Source: Paraphysomonas bandaiensis
Lineage: Eukaryota; Protista; Chrysophyceae
Assembly (NCBI GenBank): GCA_965644295.1
Contig: CBFFRP010000241.1
Coordinates: forward strand, 1 to 64,000
Direction: 5' to 3'
DNA: 64,000 bases
In this document: piece by piece, positions 49,196 through 60,535 of the stretch
How the letters are laid out: each line of letters begins with the position of its first letter
Numbering within the stretch: position 1 is the first letter of the stretch
Notes under the pieces: generated by a model
What the model saw: only the letters and a program-made list of their open reading frames with translations
The model's database searches: none
Told to the model about the DNA's origin: nothing
Made by a program: the position numbers and the translations under genes

Positions 49196-50253
49196 TGTCA
49201 TCTATACTAGGGCTAGGTAACAATATATTGCAATACTATTGATAGATAGCGTCTCACCAATAATATTGATGGAATTTTTAAACTGACCCAACAATAAAAT
49301 TGCTATATTATATTAGCAATAGGTGTTAAAAACCCGCACCAACTTAGTAGCTAGATGAATGCTAGACAAACTAGTTAGACCTCTACCTGAAACTAATCTG
49401 CTAATCAGTACACACTTTTTTTATCCTACTAATTAACGCTACGGAAGCTGCTTGTGCGTCGCCGCAATCACCAAGGTGCTACCACTTCCTTAAGGTGAAC
49501 ATCCCGGATGCTTGACTTCAGCAGGCAGCCCAATACACCGGTTACCCTTCAGGGTGCTCTTGAAGTGGGTCTATTCCCGGATGCCTGTTTATTCGTCAGG
49601 GCGCAAAGACGTCTACACAAGTGACACTTATTGGTGTCCCTTGTACCACACAAGCATTCGGCTATGAGCTATGAGTGGGCAGAAGAATATCTGCTGACTA
49701 TGTTTGCGGCTCACGTTAGTTTCCCAGTGAGAATCTCTCCGGTACTTATCCCCCAGAACACCACGAAAAGGCGCGAGTCCGACTTGTTGAGGGTCGCGGC
49801 CCCCAATCTACCCCCTCGCCCACGTCAGTCAGGCTAGGAACACTCGACTCACTAAAATTCAGAACCCTGTGCCTCTCCAAAGCCTTGCAGAATCCTACCC
49901 CAAGGGACGCCCCCCTGACCAACAAACCCATCTGCACTCTTAGGACTCACGTCCATAAAGGACGGAAATGGTTGCACCTTGGTGCTTGGGACGACGCACA
50001 AGTAGCTTTCGTAGCGTCACATATAGTAGGATATGAGAATTCGTACTAGTTACTCACAGACAGGTAGACGTCAATCCAGCTTGACAAGTTTTCATCTAGC
50101 TACGTATCTAGTGCCGATTCTCTCATGTTATACCAGGTCCTGTAAAGTAGCTCCCAATATATTGCAATCAATATTGAGTTAGACATATATACGAAGCCAT
50201 TCTTTACTGGAGGGTGCTATATATATTGTTCCCTAACCCAGATGTAGATAGCA
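49196..50253. mobile_element. Non-autonomous element with long (~290 bp) imperfect terminal inverted repeats
   Basis: gtagctagatgaa..tatcctacta..cgctacggaagctgcttgtgcgtcg..caccaaggtgctaccac (49347-49487) is mirrored at ~49965-50105; outer ggg(c/t)tagg(t/g)aacaatatat also mirrored; interior matches the dispersed family. Confidence 0.7.
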
Positions 50254-50467
50254 TTTTCATATCTCTTATAACTATATTACATAATATATAACTAAGATTG
50301 ATTTCCTTGGTTGCACGCCATTCAAAGATATCTACTTATTATTAGCTAATTTCTTTCACGTTCTAATGATTTCCCTCCTTCACAAGGTCTCTTCCTCCGG
50401 CCCGTAAATAAACAATATATAATATTATTATTCAGTACTTAAATACATGCGTAGACTCCATTTTTAG

Positions 50468-51152
50468 CAGGGCTGCGTAACAATTAATTGCATGGAACAT
50501 ACGTAGGGTTGCAATTAAATTGCAATTAGTTGGCAATTATTAACTATAGTATAAGAGCACATAATATTAGAATTAGAAGTTGCAAAACATTAAGGACGAT
50601 GGCCATTTATTACCCTTTTAATGGCTATTACAATTGTGGGAAGGTTAGCTTCTCATTATAACGTTTTCTTGACATTAAGAAAGGAACTGTTTTTTTGAAC
50701 GGTCGATTATGTGTCTTTTTTCCTCTTGATTTTGAGCTACAAAACTTAGTTCAGCTCGACCCATAGTGTATATGTAATGCTCAATACCCCTCTAGTGGAA
50801 GATATAAATCTATAGGTAGTGTGGCAATCATGTTCTTCCGACCCTGGATGCCTTACAGGGCACTGCAGGATTGAAGTTCACTACGAACTGGATGTACAGC
50901 GGTATGCACATGGATTATCAGGGCTTTTGGGCTTTTTACTGTTTTTTGCAGACGAAAATCTGGATAATTAGAGTTTTGACCATGTAAATATCATACTCCG
51001 TCAATTATATCATCATACGGTTGAAGATGCTATACTTGTTTGCAATGAGTAACGATAATTGGCACAATTAAATTGCAATAATTGCAATTATAATTGCGCG
51101 AGCTATAACTAATAATTACAATTTAATTGCAATTAATTGTTACGCAGCCCTG
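50468..51152. mobile_element. hAT-family MITE
   Basis: TIR CAGGGCTGCGTAACAATTAATTGCA at both ends; 8-bp TSD ATTTTTAG / ATTTTCAG; subterminal AATTGCAATT repeats; isolated right end also at ~25045-25070. Confidence 0.9.
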
Positions 51153-51646
51153 ATTTTCAGTACCAGTCAATATGTTCACATGATTAGCCACTACAGTGTA
51201 CACGTGTACACTGCCAAGCGAAGACTACCTACTGCTTAGCTAATCACAACTTTCCTCATACTCATTATTGGAGCATCATCACAACAATTGTTCAAAATTA
51301 ATTGAAATATGCATGCATCCGGCCACAAAAGTGTCGCTTAGTTTTCAGAAATGTACAGCATCATAGTGGAGTAGGTTGCATACTTTTACGCAACACTGAG
51401 GGAATAAGTTTAGCTGCACCAAAGAGGCGTTCACCAAAGTTTAAGGTTTTAAGTTTAAGTATGGATTAGTTTTGAGACTACCAACAACTTGTAACTACCA
51501 ACACGTGACTTTGGTCCAAGTAAAGACAGTCGCAAATCAAAACAGCAGCAACAATAGCCAATATTTTATATATTAGTACAGCTGCAGAGGCATACCATGA
51601 CAATGTCATCGCATACACGCACTGAAGAAGTCATACCTAAAAATAC

Positions 51647-53045
51647 CTAACTGCTATCGTCATCACTGCTATCACCTCCAAATGCTGCAGCGAAACCTCC
51701 TCCGCCTACGGCCTTTCCAGACGATTGCACCCTGTTGCTCGTCACGGTTTTCTTCTTGCCTATATTCGTAGTCCATGAGGATGTGCTGTTAGTAGAGGTT
51801 GCAATACGTCCTTGCGTGCCGGACTTTGAGGTTACGGCTGATTTTTTCTTGCCCGCAGATAACTTCTTACGAGAGGCCTCATATTTCGATTTGCCGAGAG
51901 CCTCCTCGTATTCACATCGCTTCGAAAATTCTTCATCCGACTCGAACCAACATCGACTGCGTTCCTTTAATTCTGCAACTCTCGACTCCATATCAGACTT
52001 CCCCTCCAGCGTCTTGAGATCTGCTAAAGTGAGAGCAACAGACCGGGATCGCTCTTCCAGTGCATACAACGGCTGCAGTTGAACCACCAGGCGCTGGATT
52101 TCATCGCCGTGACGCAGGCGATGTACAATAGGGGATACTCCCTGCACCGCCGTTCGTCTTGCGGAAATAGCTGCCATTTTCTCCTGTAGTTTTTCTACCT
52201 TTTTCGTCTTTCCCTCAGCGCGGGCAGATTCAACTTCTGCCGCAACAGTCTCTAAGTTGGCAGCGAAACTCTCCAGCAGCTGCTCACGCTCCGCAGCTGT
52301 AAGATTTCCCTTATCCACCATGGCTTTGATTTCTCCCTGCAGCCAAGTAATCTTCTCCTGATCGCATCCGCAGTTAGCGTCGTATATCGCCTGCTCAGAA
52401 GGTGATAGAAGCACACCGGTCATTAGCTTTTGCTCTAGAGCCTCAAATGTTGCTCTGGAATCTTGCAATATCTTGAGCAAACGCTTACGCTGGGACCAGG
52501 ACTCAGTCTTACTAGATACTATTTCACAGAACGTACTAAATTCACAAGCAGTGACAATGTACTCTTTGGAGTTTACATTGATAGTCTGTTCCGAAGGCTT
52601 CATCTCATCATTAGTTGATTTCATATTAGCACATGTGACATATGGAAATACTATAACAACTTTAAGATTTTGTCCTGTATCATGTTGTTGTTTAAATGTT
52701 CCTTGACATGAATAATCTAATGCAGCTGAACGATCATCTTTATATCCAATCTCCCTTAAAGCGGATGTCATCCACTTAATCAGATCATCCGAATAACGGG
52801 ATCTAACAAGCTTCCCTCCACCCACAACAAACGTGAATTTAATCTATATAAAAATCTGATTATTTTAATATATAAAACACTGTATATAAAACCATTTGAG
52901 TTGGTGTATTGAGTGGTTGACTGAATGCTTGATGAATGAGATCATGTGTACGTGATTCTGTATAGCCTGCAAGATCATACTGTTCACTTGATAGAGAGGA
53001 TCTGATATCACCAGCTAAACCATTGATTTGTTCAAATTCTGTCAT
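51647..53045 (-). CDS. Conserved-looking hypothetical coiled-coil protein, 2 exons
   Basis: Exon 1 from 53045 (MTEFEQINGLAGDIR..) spliced to IRFTFVVGGGKLVRSRY..QGTFKQQHDTGQNLKVVIVFP; long uninterrupted ORF. Confidence 0.7.
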
Positions 53046-53741
53046 TGTTAAATGAATTGATATGGAAGGTGGTTATATATGTATGTGTATAGATGGGAGT
53101 GTGTCTATATGGGAGTGTATGTGTATATATGTGTGTGTCTATCTATACATACATACACAGCAAGCAACACATACATACATACACACATACACATACATAG
53201 AGAGCACTAAAATACCATCGAGAAGAATCCATATCATATGAAACTATACATACAACCACATGGAATATTATACTGTCCATTGGACTATAAAATGGGGGAA
53301 ATATAGCCCAAATATCAGTTTTTATCCCCATATTATTAAAAAGCTAAGAAAACAAGCTTGTTGAGTTGTAAAAACCCGAAGAAGTATAGTTTGTAAACTG
53401 AAGACCTCCTATTTTTGCAAAATCTCAGATTATCTTGCATCAAAATATTGGAATATCTTTATGGTGTATGTACGTATCGGCAATCAGCATCTTATTTTTT
53501 CGGAAATATATTGAAGCATAAATCCTCTATATTACTATAATATAACTACGGCTGGAATACATATAATTGTTGTCTCAATATTCGAGGCATCTTTAAACAA
53601 AAATATACAAACGATGCCGATATGTATGTATATAGAGGGACATAGTCGTGAAGAAGAAGCAACGTGCCGATAGAGCAGCAGGCAGGATGGAAGTCACATA
53701 TAGCCATAAACATACATATAGAGCATACGTATCCTAAGGCT

Positions 53742-55151
53742 ATGAATGTGGAGGTGATCTCTGTTCTATCTGCTGTTGTTGCTATGGTAGCAACCATCAT
53801 TACGAGTAAGTCTCTGTCCAATACACCATACATACAGATACACATACATACACACATACACATACAGATACATACTTCAATGCAGTGTAGAGATATAGCA
53901 GTGTATGTATGTACGTGTGTATCTGATCGGTTGTTATCGTATGCAGCTCTGATGTTGTCACATAAGAAGAAAGAAAAGAAATACTTCCCCATAATGAAGG
54001 GACTGGCTACAGGCAACCCTAGATATAAGGTCACACAGAAGGACGCACTCAAAGTGGCTCTGAGAGCTCCCGGATGTGAGGGCCTCAGCAATATCCTGAA
54101 CAGAGTATACGCCAACTCGAGAATATCGACCCGTTACATGGCTGTGCCTGACTTCACCCCTGAGCAGAATACAGACAATGAAAAACTGTTTTACTCTGAC
54201 GATAACTTCAATGTAAGTATTCAAGACCGCATGGTGAAGTATAAGGAAGTTGCTGTGCCGTTAGTGGTAGACGTTTGCAAGAAAGCGATTGCTAAAGCTG
54301 GAGTGAAGGTGTCGGAGATTCATAAATTGATAGTTGTTTCCTCCACCGGATTCATTGGTCCATCACTTGACTGTGATATTATTAAGTGCTTAGGTCTCCC
54401 GCGAACAACCGACCGCTCCCTAATTGGATTTATGGGTTGTGCTGCTGCAATCAATGGCTGCCGTGTTGCAATGGATTACGTGAAGGCTCATCCTGATAAG
54501 TACGCGCTGTTAGTTTGCGTGGAAATATCATCCGTGAACACCCATTTCAAAGACTCTACAAACAATGCTATTATTCATGCCATCTTCGCAGATGGTGCTG
54601 CCGCAGCTGTTGTTTCTGCTGTAGAAAAAGAAGATCTCAGAAAAGGCCAGCTGGTAATATCTGACGATCATTCCTATTTAATGGACGGAACTGAGGATGG
54701 CGTTACCCTCTCAATCAATGACGATGGGATATCGTGCAAGCTGTCTAAGTCTCTCCCGCAGTATGTTGCGAAGAACATGGTTGGTAAACGTAGATATCTC
54801 TATCTGCAATAATAGTTTGTGAAGGGTGGGTATGTTGATGACTTCCTGGGAAAACATGGGCAAACCGGGGAGGATGTTGACTTTTGGGCTATACATCCTG
54901 GGGGACGGCGTATCATTGAGGAGGCTCAGGATAGTCTTGGAGTAACGGAAGATCAGACGGCTGATTCCTGGGCTGTACTCAATGAATACGGGAATATGCT
55001 TTCCCCTACGGTAATGTTTGTGTTGGAAAGGATATTTAAACGTCATGAGGAGATGCTTGCTCGAGGCGAGGAGGGGTACAAGATGGGCCTTGCTTTCGCC
55101 TTCTCACCGGGGGTTGGAGCGGAGGGTATCATGCTTCGCCAGATCCAGTGA
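53742..55151 (+). CDS. Type III polyketide synthase (chalcone-synthase fold) with N-terminal hydrophobic anchor
   Basis: GFMGCAAA (Cys), HAIFADGAAA, WAIHPGG (His), YGNMLS (Asn), AFSPGVGAE; introns 53806-53946 and 54780-54824. Confidence 0.93.
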
Positions 55152-56060
55152 CCACGATCTGGGATGCTACCGACCTCATGATATATATGTGCAATATGAC
55201 TCTACAACAAGATATGTCACTGCTGACTTATACGTTGATGAGTATTTGCTGCTTTTTACTATTGCTGCATATCTTTAAGTTTTTTTTCATTAGATAATAT
55301 GCTGCTGTATTGCCGTATTTTTTGTGATAGCGCTGCATATCAATGTTTGACATCTAAACTACAAAGGAAAACTTTCACTTAATGTTGAGAATTATAAAAT
55401 TATAATCAATACCTCCTATCATTCGTCAATATTATATTATCACTGCAACCACTCATTTCTCATAGGACCTTACATTGTCACTGTCTTTCACGACAACCTA
55501 TTATATAGACATCTGCTCCATTTCGAGCGCGTACTTAGGTAGAGCTGGGTGGGCACTTAAATAATACTTGATTAGGTCCCATATGTTATTTGCTAGCTAC
55601 CTACTGAACCCAACTAGCTACATCATTATCACAGGGTATTTAGGGCTGAATAAGCAGTGAGATCCCGGGTGGGGAAGCGCTGAACTAAGCAATGTGTACA
55701 TAGGTAGAGGTTAGAGGTGCGCGGTCGCAGCATTCAGTTGCACTCACTAGACGGTCAAATGCGGTGATTAGTTACGCTGTCAATATGAGGCAGACCGTTA
55801 TTTGCAGGACGTAGAGAGTATTCGTTGTACTCTGGAGGAAGAAGGCATCACTAGATTCAAGATTTCCTATAATAGGGATAGAGGACATCTACTTGTAATG
55901 CATTCCACTTCCAATTCCTGTGCAAATTCGACATTTCGGGAATATCAATCCACACTGAAGGAGTAGCTAACAGTTTCCAAGATATTGCTGGGCGCGCACT
56001 CCGCCCATGCAAGAAAATCCAGTATAAAAATCGACCTTTTTTCGTTATTTGTTATATATT

Positions 56061-56595
56061 GTAAGATACACAATAAAAACCCTAGTTTTCATAATATAAA
56101 CCCCCCTTTTATTGCAATAAATATCTCACTCAGCCTGCCTCTGCACTATCACACACTCACATTCAGTACGTGCACTGTACATATAGCAGTAAATATGTTT
56201 CGTAAGATACACTATAAAAACCCTAGTTTTCATAGTACAAACCCCCCTGTTATTGCCATAAATATCTCACTCTAAACTACACTCCAGTCTCACACACTCC
56301 CATTAAGTACGTGTACATACAGAGCAGTATATGTTTAGTAAGATACACTATAAAATCCCTAGTTTTCATACTATAAACCCCCCTTATCTCACTCTCTATT
56401 CCACTATACTAACTCCAGCCTGACTGCACAATCACACATTAAGTACGTGTACATAAAGTATATGTTTTGTAAGATACACTATAAAATCCCTAGGTTTCAT
56501 ACTATAAACCCCCCTTTTCTTGCCATAAATATCTCACTCTCTATTCCACTATACTAACTCCAGCCTGCCTCTGCACTCACACACTCCCATTAAGT
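56061..56595. repeat. Four tandem ~131-141-bp units upstream of the 5-phosphatase gene
   Basis: gtaagatacac(a/t)ataaaa(a/t)ccctag(t/g)tttcata..aaaccccc at 56061, 56202, 56338, 56469. Confidence 0.9.
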
Positions 56596-56636
56596 TCCTC
56601 CCACTCGTCTACTCATCTACCTACCCAAATCATAGA

Positions 56637-58759
56637 ATGTATCAATCAATTAATTCCCTACATGAATTTCATACACACTGTTCACAATCTATACGTCAAA
56701 TGGAAGATTCATTCATTACATTACGAGATCTGAATATCTTTATAGGCTCCTGGAATGTCAATGCAAAATACGAGGATATTGAGAATTTAAGACAATGGTT
56801 GAATGTGGATACATTTCTTGGTGATAGTCCACATATTTTAGTCATTGGATTACAAGAAATGATTGAATTAAATGCAACAAATACAATTGTTGGTAGTTCA
56901 GTTGCTGGTTTATCATCTGAACGTGCAAGTAAATGGCAAGAACATATTGCAACATGTCTACGTCAAGGATGTATGGATTCATCAAGTAAAGCAAGTTCAG
57001 ATTCATATAAACTTGTTGATTCACAATGTATGGTGGGGATATGGTGTTGTGTGTACGCTCGGAAGTCTGTTCTGCCCATGCTCCGCAACATCCAGACCAA
57101 GACGATTCCGAGAGGGGCAGGAGGCATGCTTGGAAATAAGGGTGCAGTGTGCATCCGTATGGATATTAATCATACGTCAGTCTGCTTTGTATGCGCACAT
57201 CTGACTGCACACCGAGAAGATACCAATAAGCGTAACGAGGATTACCGCAATATAATGAGTAAACGGGCGTTCGCTGACCCTTGTGCGTGGTACATGCAAG
57301 CTCTTGAAGGTGAAACAGCACTACCGGGTAGGCTAGCCAAAGTGTCTACAGATATTCAAAACAAACAGGAGTCACTCGTGGATAACTTCCCTGGTGTGCT
57401 TCCCACAGATCAGAAATCAGGAAATAGAGTGTTTACACGGTCAGCAGCCGAACATGATTTAGTTTTCTTCTTCGGAGACCTTAATTACCGCATCATGGAG
57501 GGTGTGCCGCTGGAAGAGGTTTTTGAACTACTCTCTCGTAGCGACGGACCAGCTATGAACGACAAAAACTCGTCCCTATTATGTATGGACCAACTTCTCA
57601 TTGAACGCCGTGAGGGTGAGGTGGAATATTCTTGTTGTTGGGATTGTAATGTGGTACTACAGGTAATGCGTTTGGCGGTTTTACAGAGGGACATATATCG
57701 TTCAAGCCTACTTATCGCTACATTGCTGGTGGTGACACTTATGACAGGCGTCCGGAGAGCAAGCTGAGGTGTCCAGCTTGGTGTGACAGAGTCCTCTGGA
57801 AACTTTCCCGCCCTCCTTACTATCCCAGTCCGGTGAAGGATGAGATAGAGGAAGACAAGGAGCCAGGACAGGGTGCCGACGGAATTCAATGGGCTAGGAG
57901 GCTCTCCTCCCTTGCTGCGGAGAAAGATGAGTTGGCAGGTGTATCTGAGAAGGTGGGATGCTTCAATTGAGAGGTACTTCGAAAACTTATGAGTGTACTG
58001 TCAGGTTCGATTGCATATCTACGATAGGTGTGAGAACTGTATCTCCGATCACAAACCAGTAAAGGCCGTTTTCACTGTTCATACTAAGCTGTAAGCTCGT
58101 TGCTATCTGTACATTTGTTAGTGCATCTAACCCATCTACTCTCTGTGTAGAGTTGATGGTGCAGCACGGGAAGGCGTTCTACTAGGTGCCGTCGATTCCT
58201 GGCGCTCATGTCCACCGGAAGACCAGGGGTCGCGTGCAGTGAATCTCAGACAACGTTACATATTGGAGCGCAATATATTATGGAATGAGTGCCGTGAAAT
58301 CTCGGTACGTCTATTTTCGTGTGGCTGTGTATTTAATGTGCAATTTGACACGGACAGATTCATTTATCAAACTCAGTGAAGACGGCTCCTATGAATTTTA
58401 AATTGCCAATAGAGTGTGTTCCTGTGTGGCTGGATGTACTGTCTGCACCTCTGGTGACGACACAAACGTTCTACTTGTTCGAGATTCCAGCATCGTCACA
58501 GTTTCACCTGGAGCTTCGAGTGAATTATGACCGGGCATTTGACTACATGTAGGTTGCTAGCGACGTGATGAATTTTTTGTTTCTAATGATTGTTAACAGC
58601 TGTGACAAATCTGGACGGGTTCCTCCTGATAATGTTGTAAGTAGCGTCATGGCGGATCCGTGCAGTTATGTGGAGCTGTGTGCTATATTTACTCTAGTGT
58701 TTAGGGATAACGATAGAGTCTTAGTCCCAATTACATGTTCATTTGCATGGGACGAATGA
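56637..58759 (+). CDS. Inositol polyphosphate 5-phosphatase (INPP5B/OCRL/synaptojanin-type catalytic domain), spliced
   Basis: IGSWNVN, IGLQEM, LGNKGAV, CFVCAHLTAH, FFGDLNYRI, PAWCDRVLW, SDHKPV; 3' end approximate. Confidence 0.9.
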
Positions 58760-59002
58760 AAAGTAGTAGTTATCTGTATATAGTGAGGGTCAACTACCGT
58801 ATATATTAAATGTCTGATACTTACTAAAATAGAAATTGTAGTACGTTAACGGGACAAGCATAAGTTTGAATATCTCCAACTCGGAATGTACTGAACACGC
58901 AGACGACGAAGACGTAAACAAGAATAGCTTAATCTTTAGAATCTACTGAATTAGTTGTAAAAATATCGTAGTTAATCAAGTTAAAATCTTATTTATATAT
59001 GT

Positions 59003-59120
59003 CAGGGCCTCGTAACCATTAATGGTAATGGCGTTTATGGTAATGCCAGTATATTTTCCTGGAAATTTTTTATTAATGGCATTAGAATTGCCGGGAACTG
59101 GGCACCAGTTAATGGCATTT
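59003..59120 (+). mobile_element. Isolated hAT-like element end
   Basis: CAGGGCCTCGTAACCATTAATGG plus TAATGGC subterminal repeats, matching the end at 60536. Confidence 0.65.
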
Positions 59121-59996
59121 ACTGATATAAGCTATAAAGAACAAAGTGTTTCTACTGTAAGATATTATAATACCTTCTTTATTGTCTGAAGAAAATCTAA
59201 ACAATGTTCATGCAACTCTACAGCTGTAAATTATCAGCGGCAAATAGCATTATCCCTAAACACTAGAGTAAAAAAAGCATATCCTACTCGACAATTGAAG
59301 TGTCTACTTCGTGATATATTTCCAATTAACACTTCATTGTTTAGTGTACTATATATATATATATGCTATTATCAAGGATAATAGCTTGTAATACAACAAA
59401 TATAACGGCAATAGCGACTGTCATATTGTGATCAACACACACAGTATTTTAATAATACCATACTTTATTTACTTCTCCGTCATATATATATGGAATGAAA
59501 CTATTAATGACTCTATTACATGGTGATGATATTCATCACACTTGATTCATCACGATTTATGCTCTCGTTAAATGATAGAATTCGCTTCCTTTAACGGTGA
59601 CAAGAGGCCAATTCAATGACCCCAATCATGTCCAAAAATCTATTGCACATTATATTATTTCAACTAGAAAAATTTATATCATTTGTGGTGCTTTTATATA
59701 TTATTCTTGCTTAGTATGTTTTCATCCGAGCGGGGAAGGTGCATGGTTTCCTACTAGTGTAAGTCACTCGGGAGAAGAGTGCAAGGTGGATGCATGTGCT
59801 GGACGAGTGAACACAACGGAGGGAAGATATTAGAGTCAGCTTGAATTTGTAACAGATTTTGGTAGACATCTGTTTCATGTGTCAGTGTGCAAAATTGCAC
59901 CAGTGAGACCGCTTCATGAAGGTGGGAGGACTCGGCGCTAGTGCTACTCTACTCTACTGCCTGCTGCTGTGATAGTTATTGTCACCGGGGCAACAT

Positions 59997-60331
59997 TGTC
60001 ACCACATGGTATTTCCAGCGGCTTATAGTACGGTAATACATCCATAACCCTTATGGATCTCATGCCTTCTAATGAGAAGCCAAATATTCTAGCTAGCAAG
60101 CGGACTAGAGGTTGCCACTGAGAAGCTGACGAAGAGTTGTTAGTAGACTATGGGTTTTAATGCCTTGTTCTTGTTATATAAGTAAATGTATGGTTTGTTG
60201 GCTGTGTCAGTGGCAACCTCTAGTCCGCTTGCTAGCTAGAATATTTGGCATCTCATTAGAAGGTATGAGATCCATAAGGGTTATGGATGTATTACCGTAC
60301 TATAAGCCGCTGGAAATACCATGCGGTGACA
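59997..60331. mobile_element. Foldback MITE with TGT..ACA termini, ~125-bp TIRs and 4-bp TSD (Ginger-like)
   Basis: 59997-60121 is the near-perfect reverse complement of 60207-60331; ACAT flanks both sides (59993-59996, 60332-60335). Confidence 0.8.
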
Positions 60332-60535
60332 ACATGAGACTATCTTATCCCAGAGGCAATATGTTTTCTTGAACAGTAGTGAATGTCTTATTATAAGTAG
60401 TAGGCGTGTAGCAAAACAATTTAACTAACTGGTGCTAAACTCTGATATATATCATACTATTTAGCGCTACGATAGCTGCTTGTGTGTAACCGCTTATGTT
60501 GCTCTATGAGCAATGAGCGAGCAGAACGTTGATAT

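Noticed and set aside
55500-55900. GC-richer intergenic stretch as possible ncRNA/tRNA
   Set aside because: No cloverleaf, box A/B or known RNA motif seen; needs Infernal/tRNAscan
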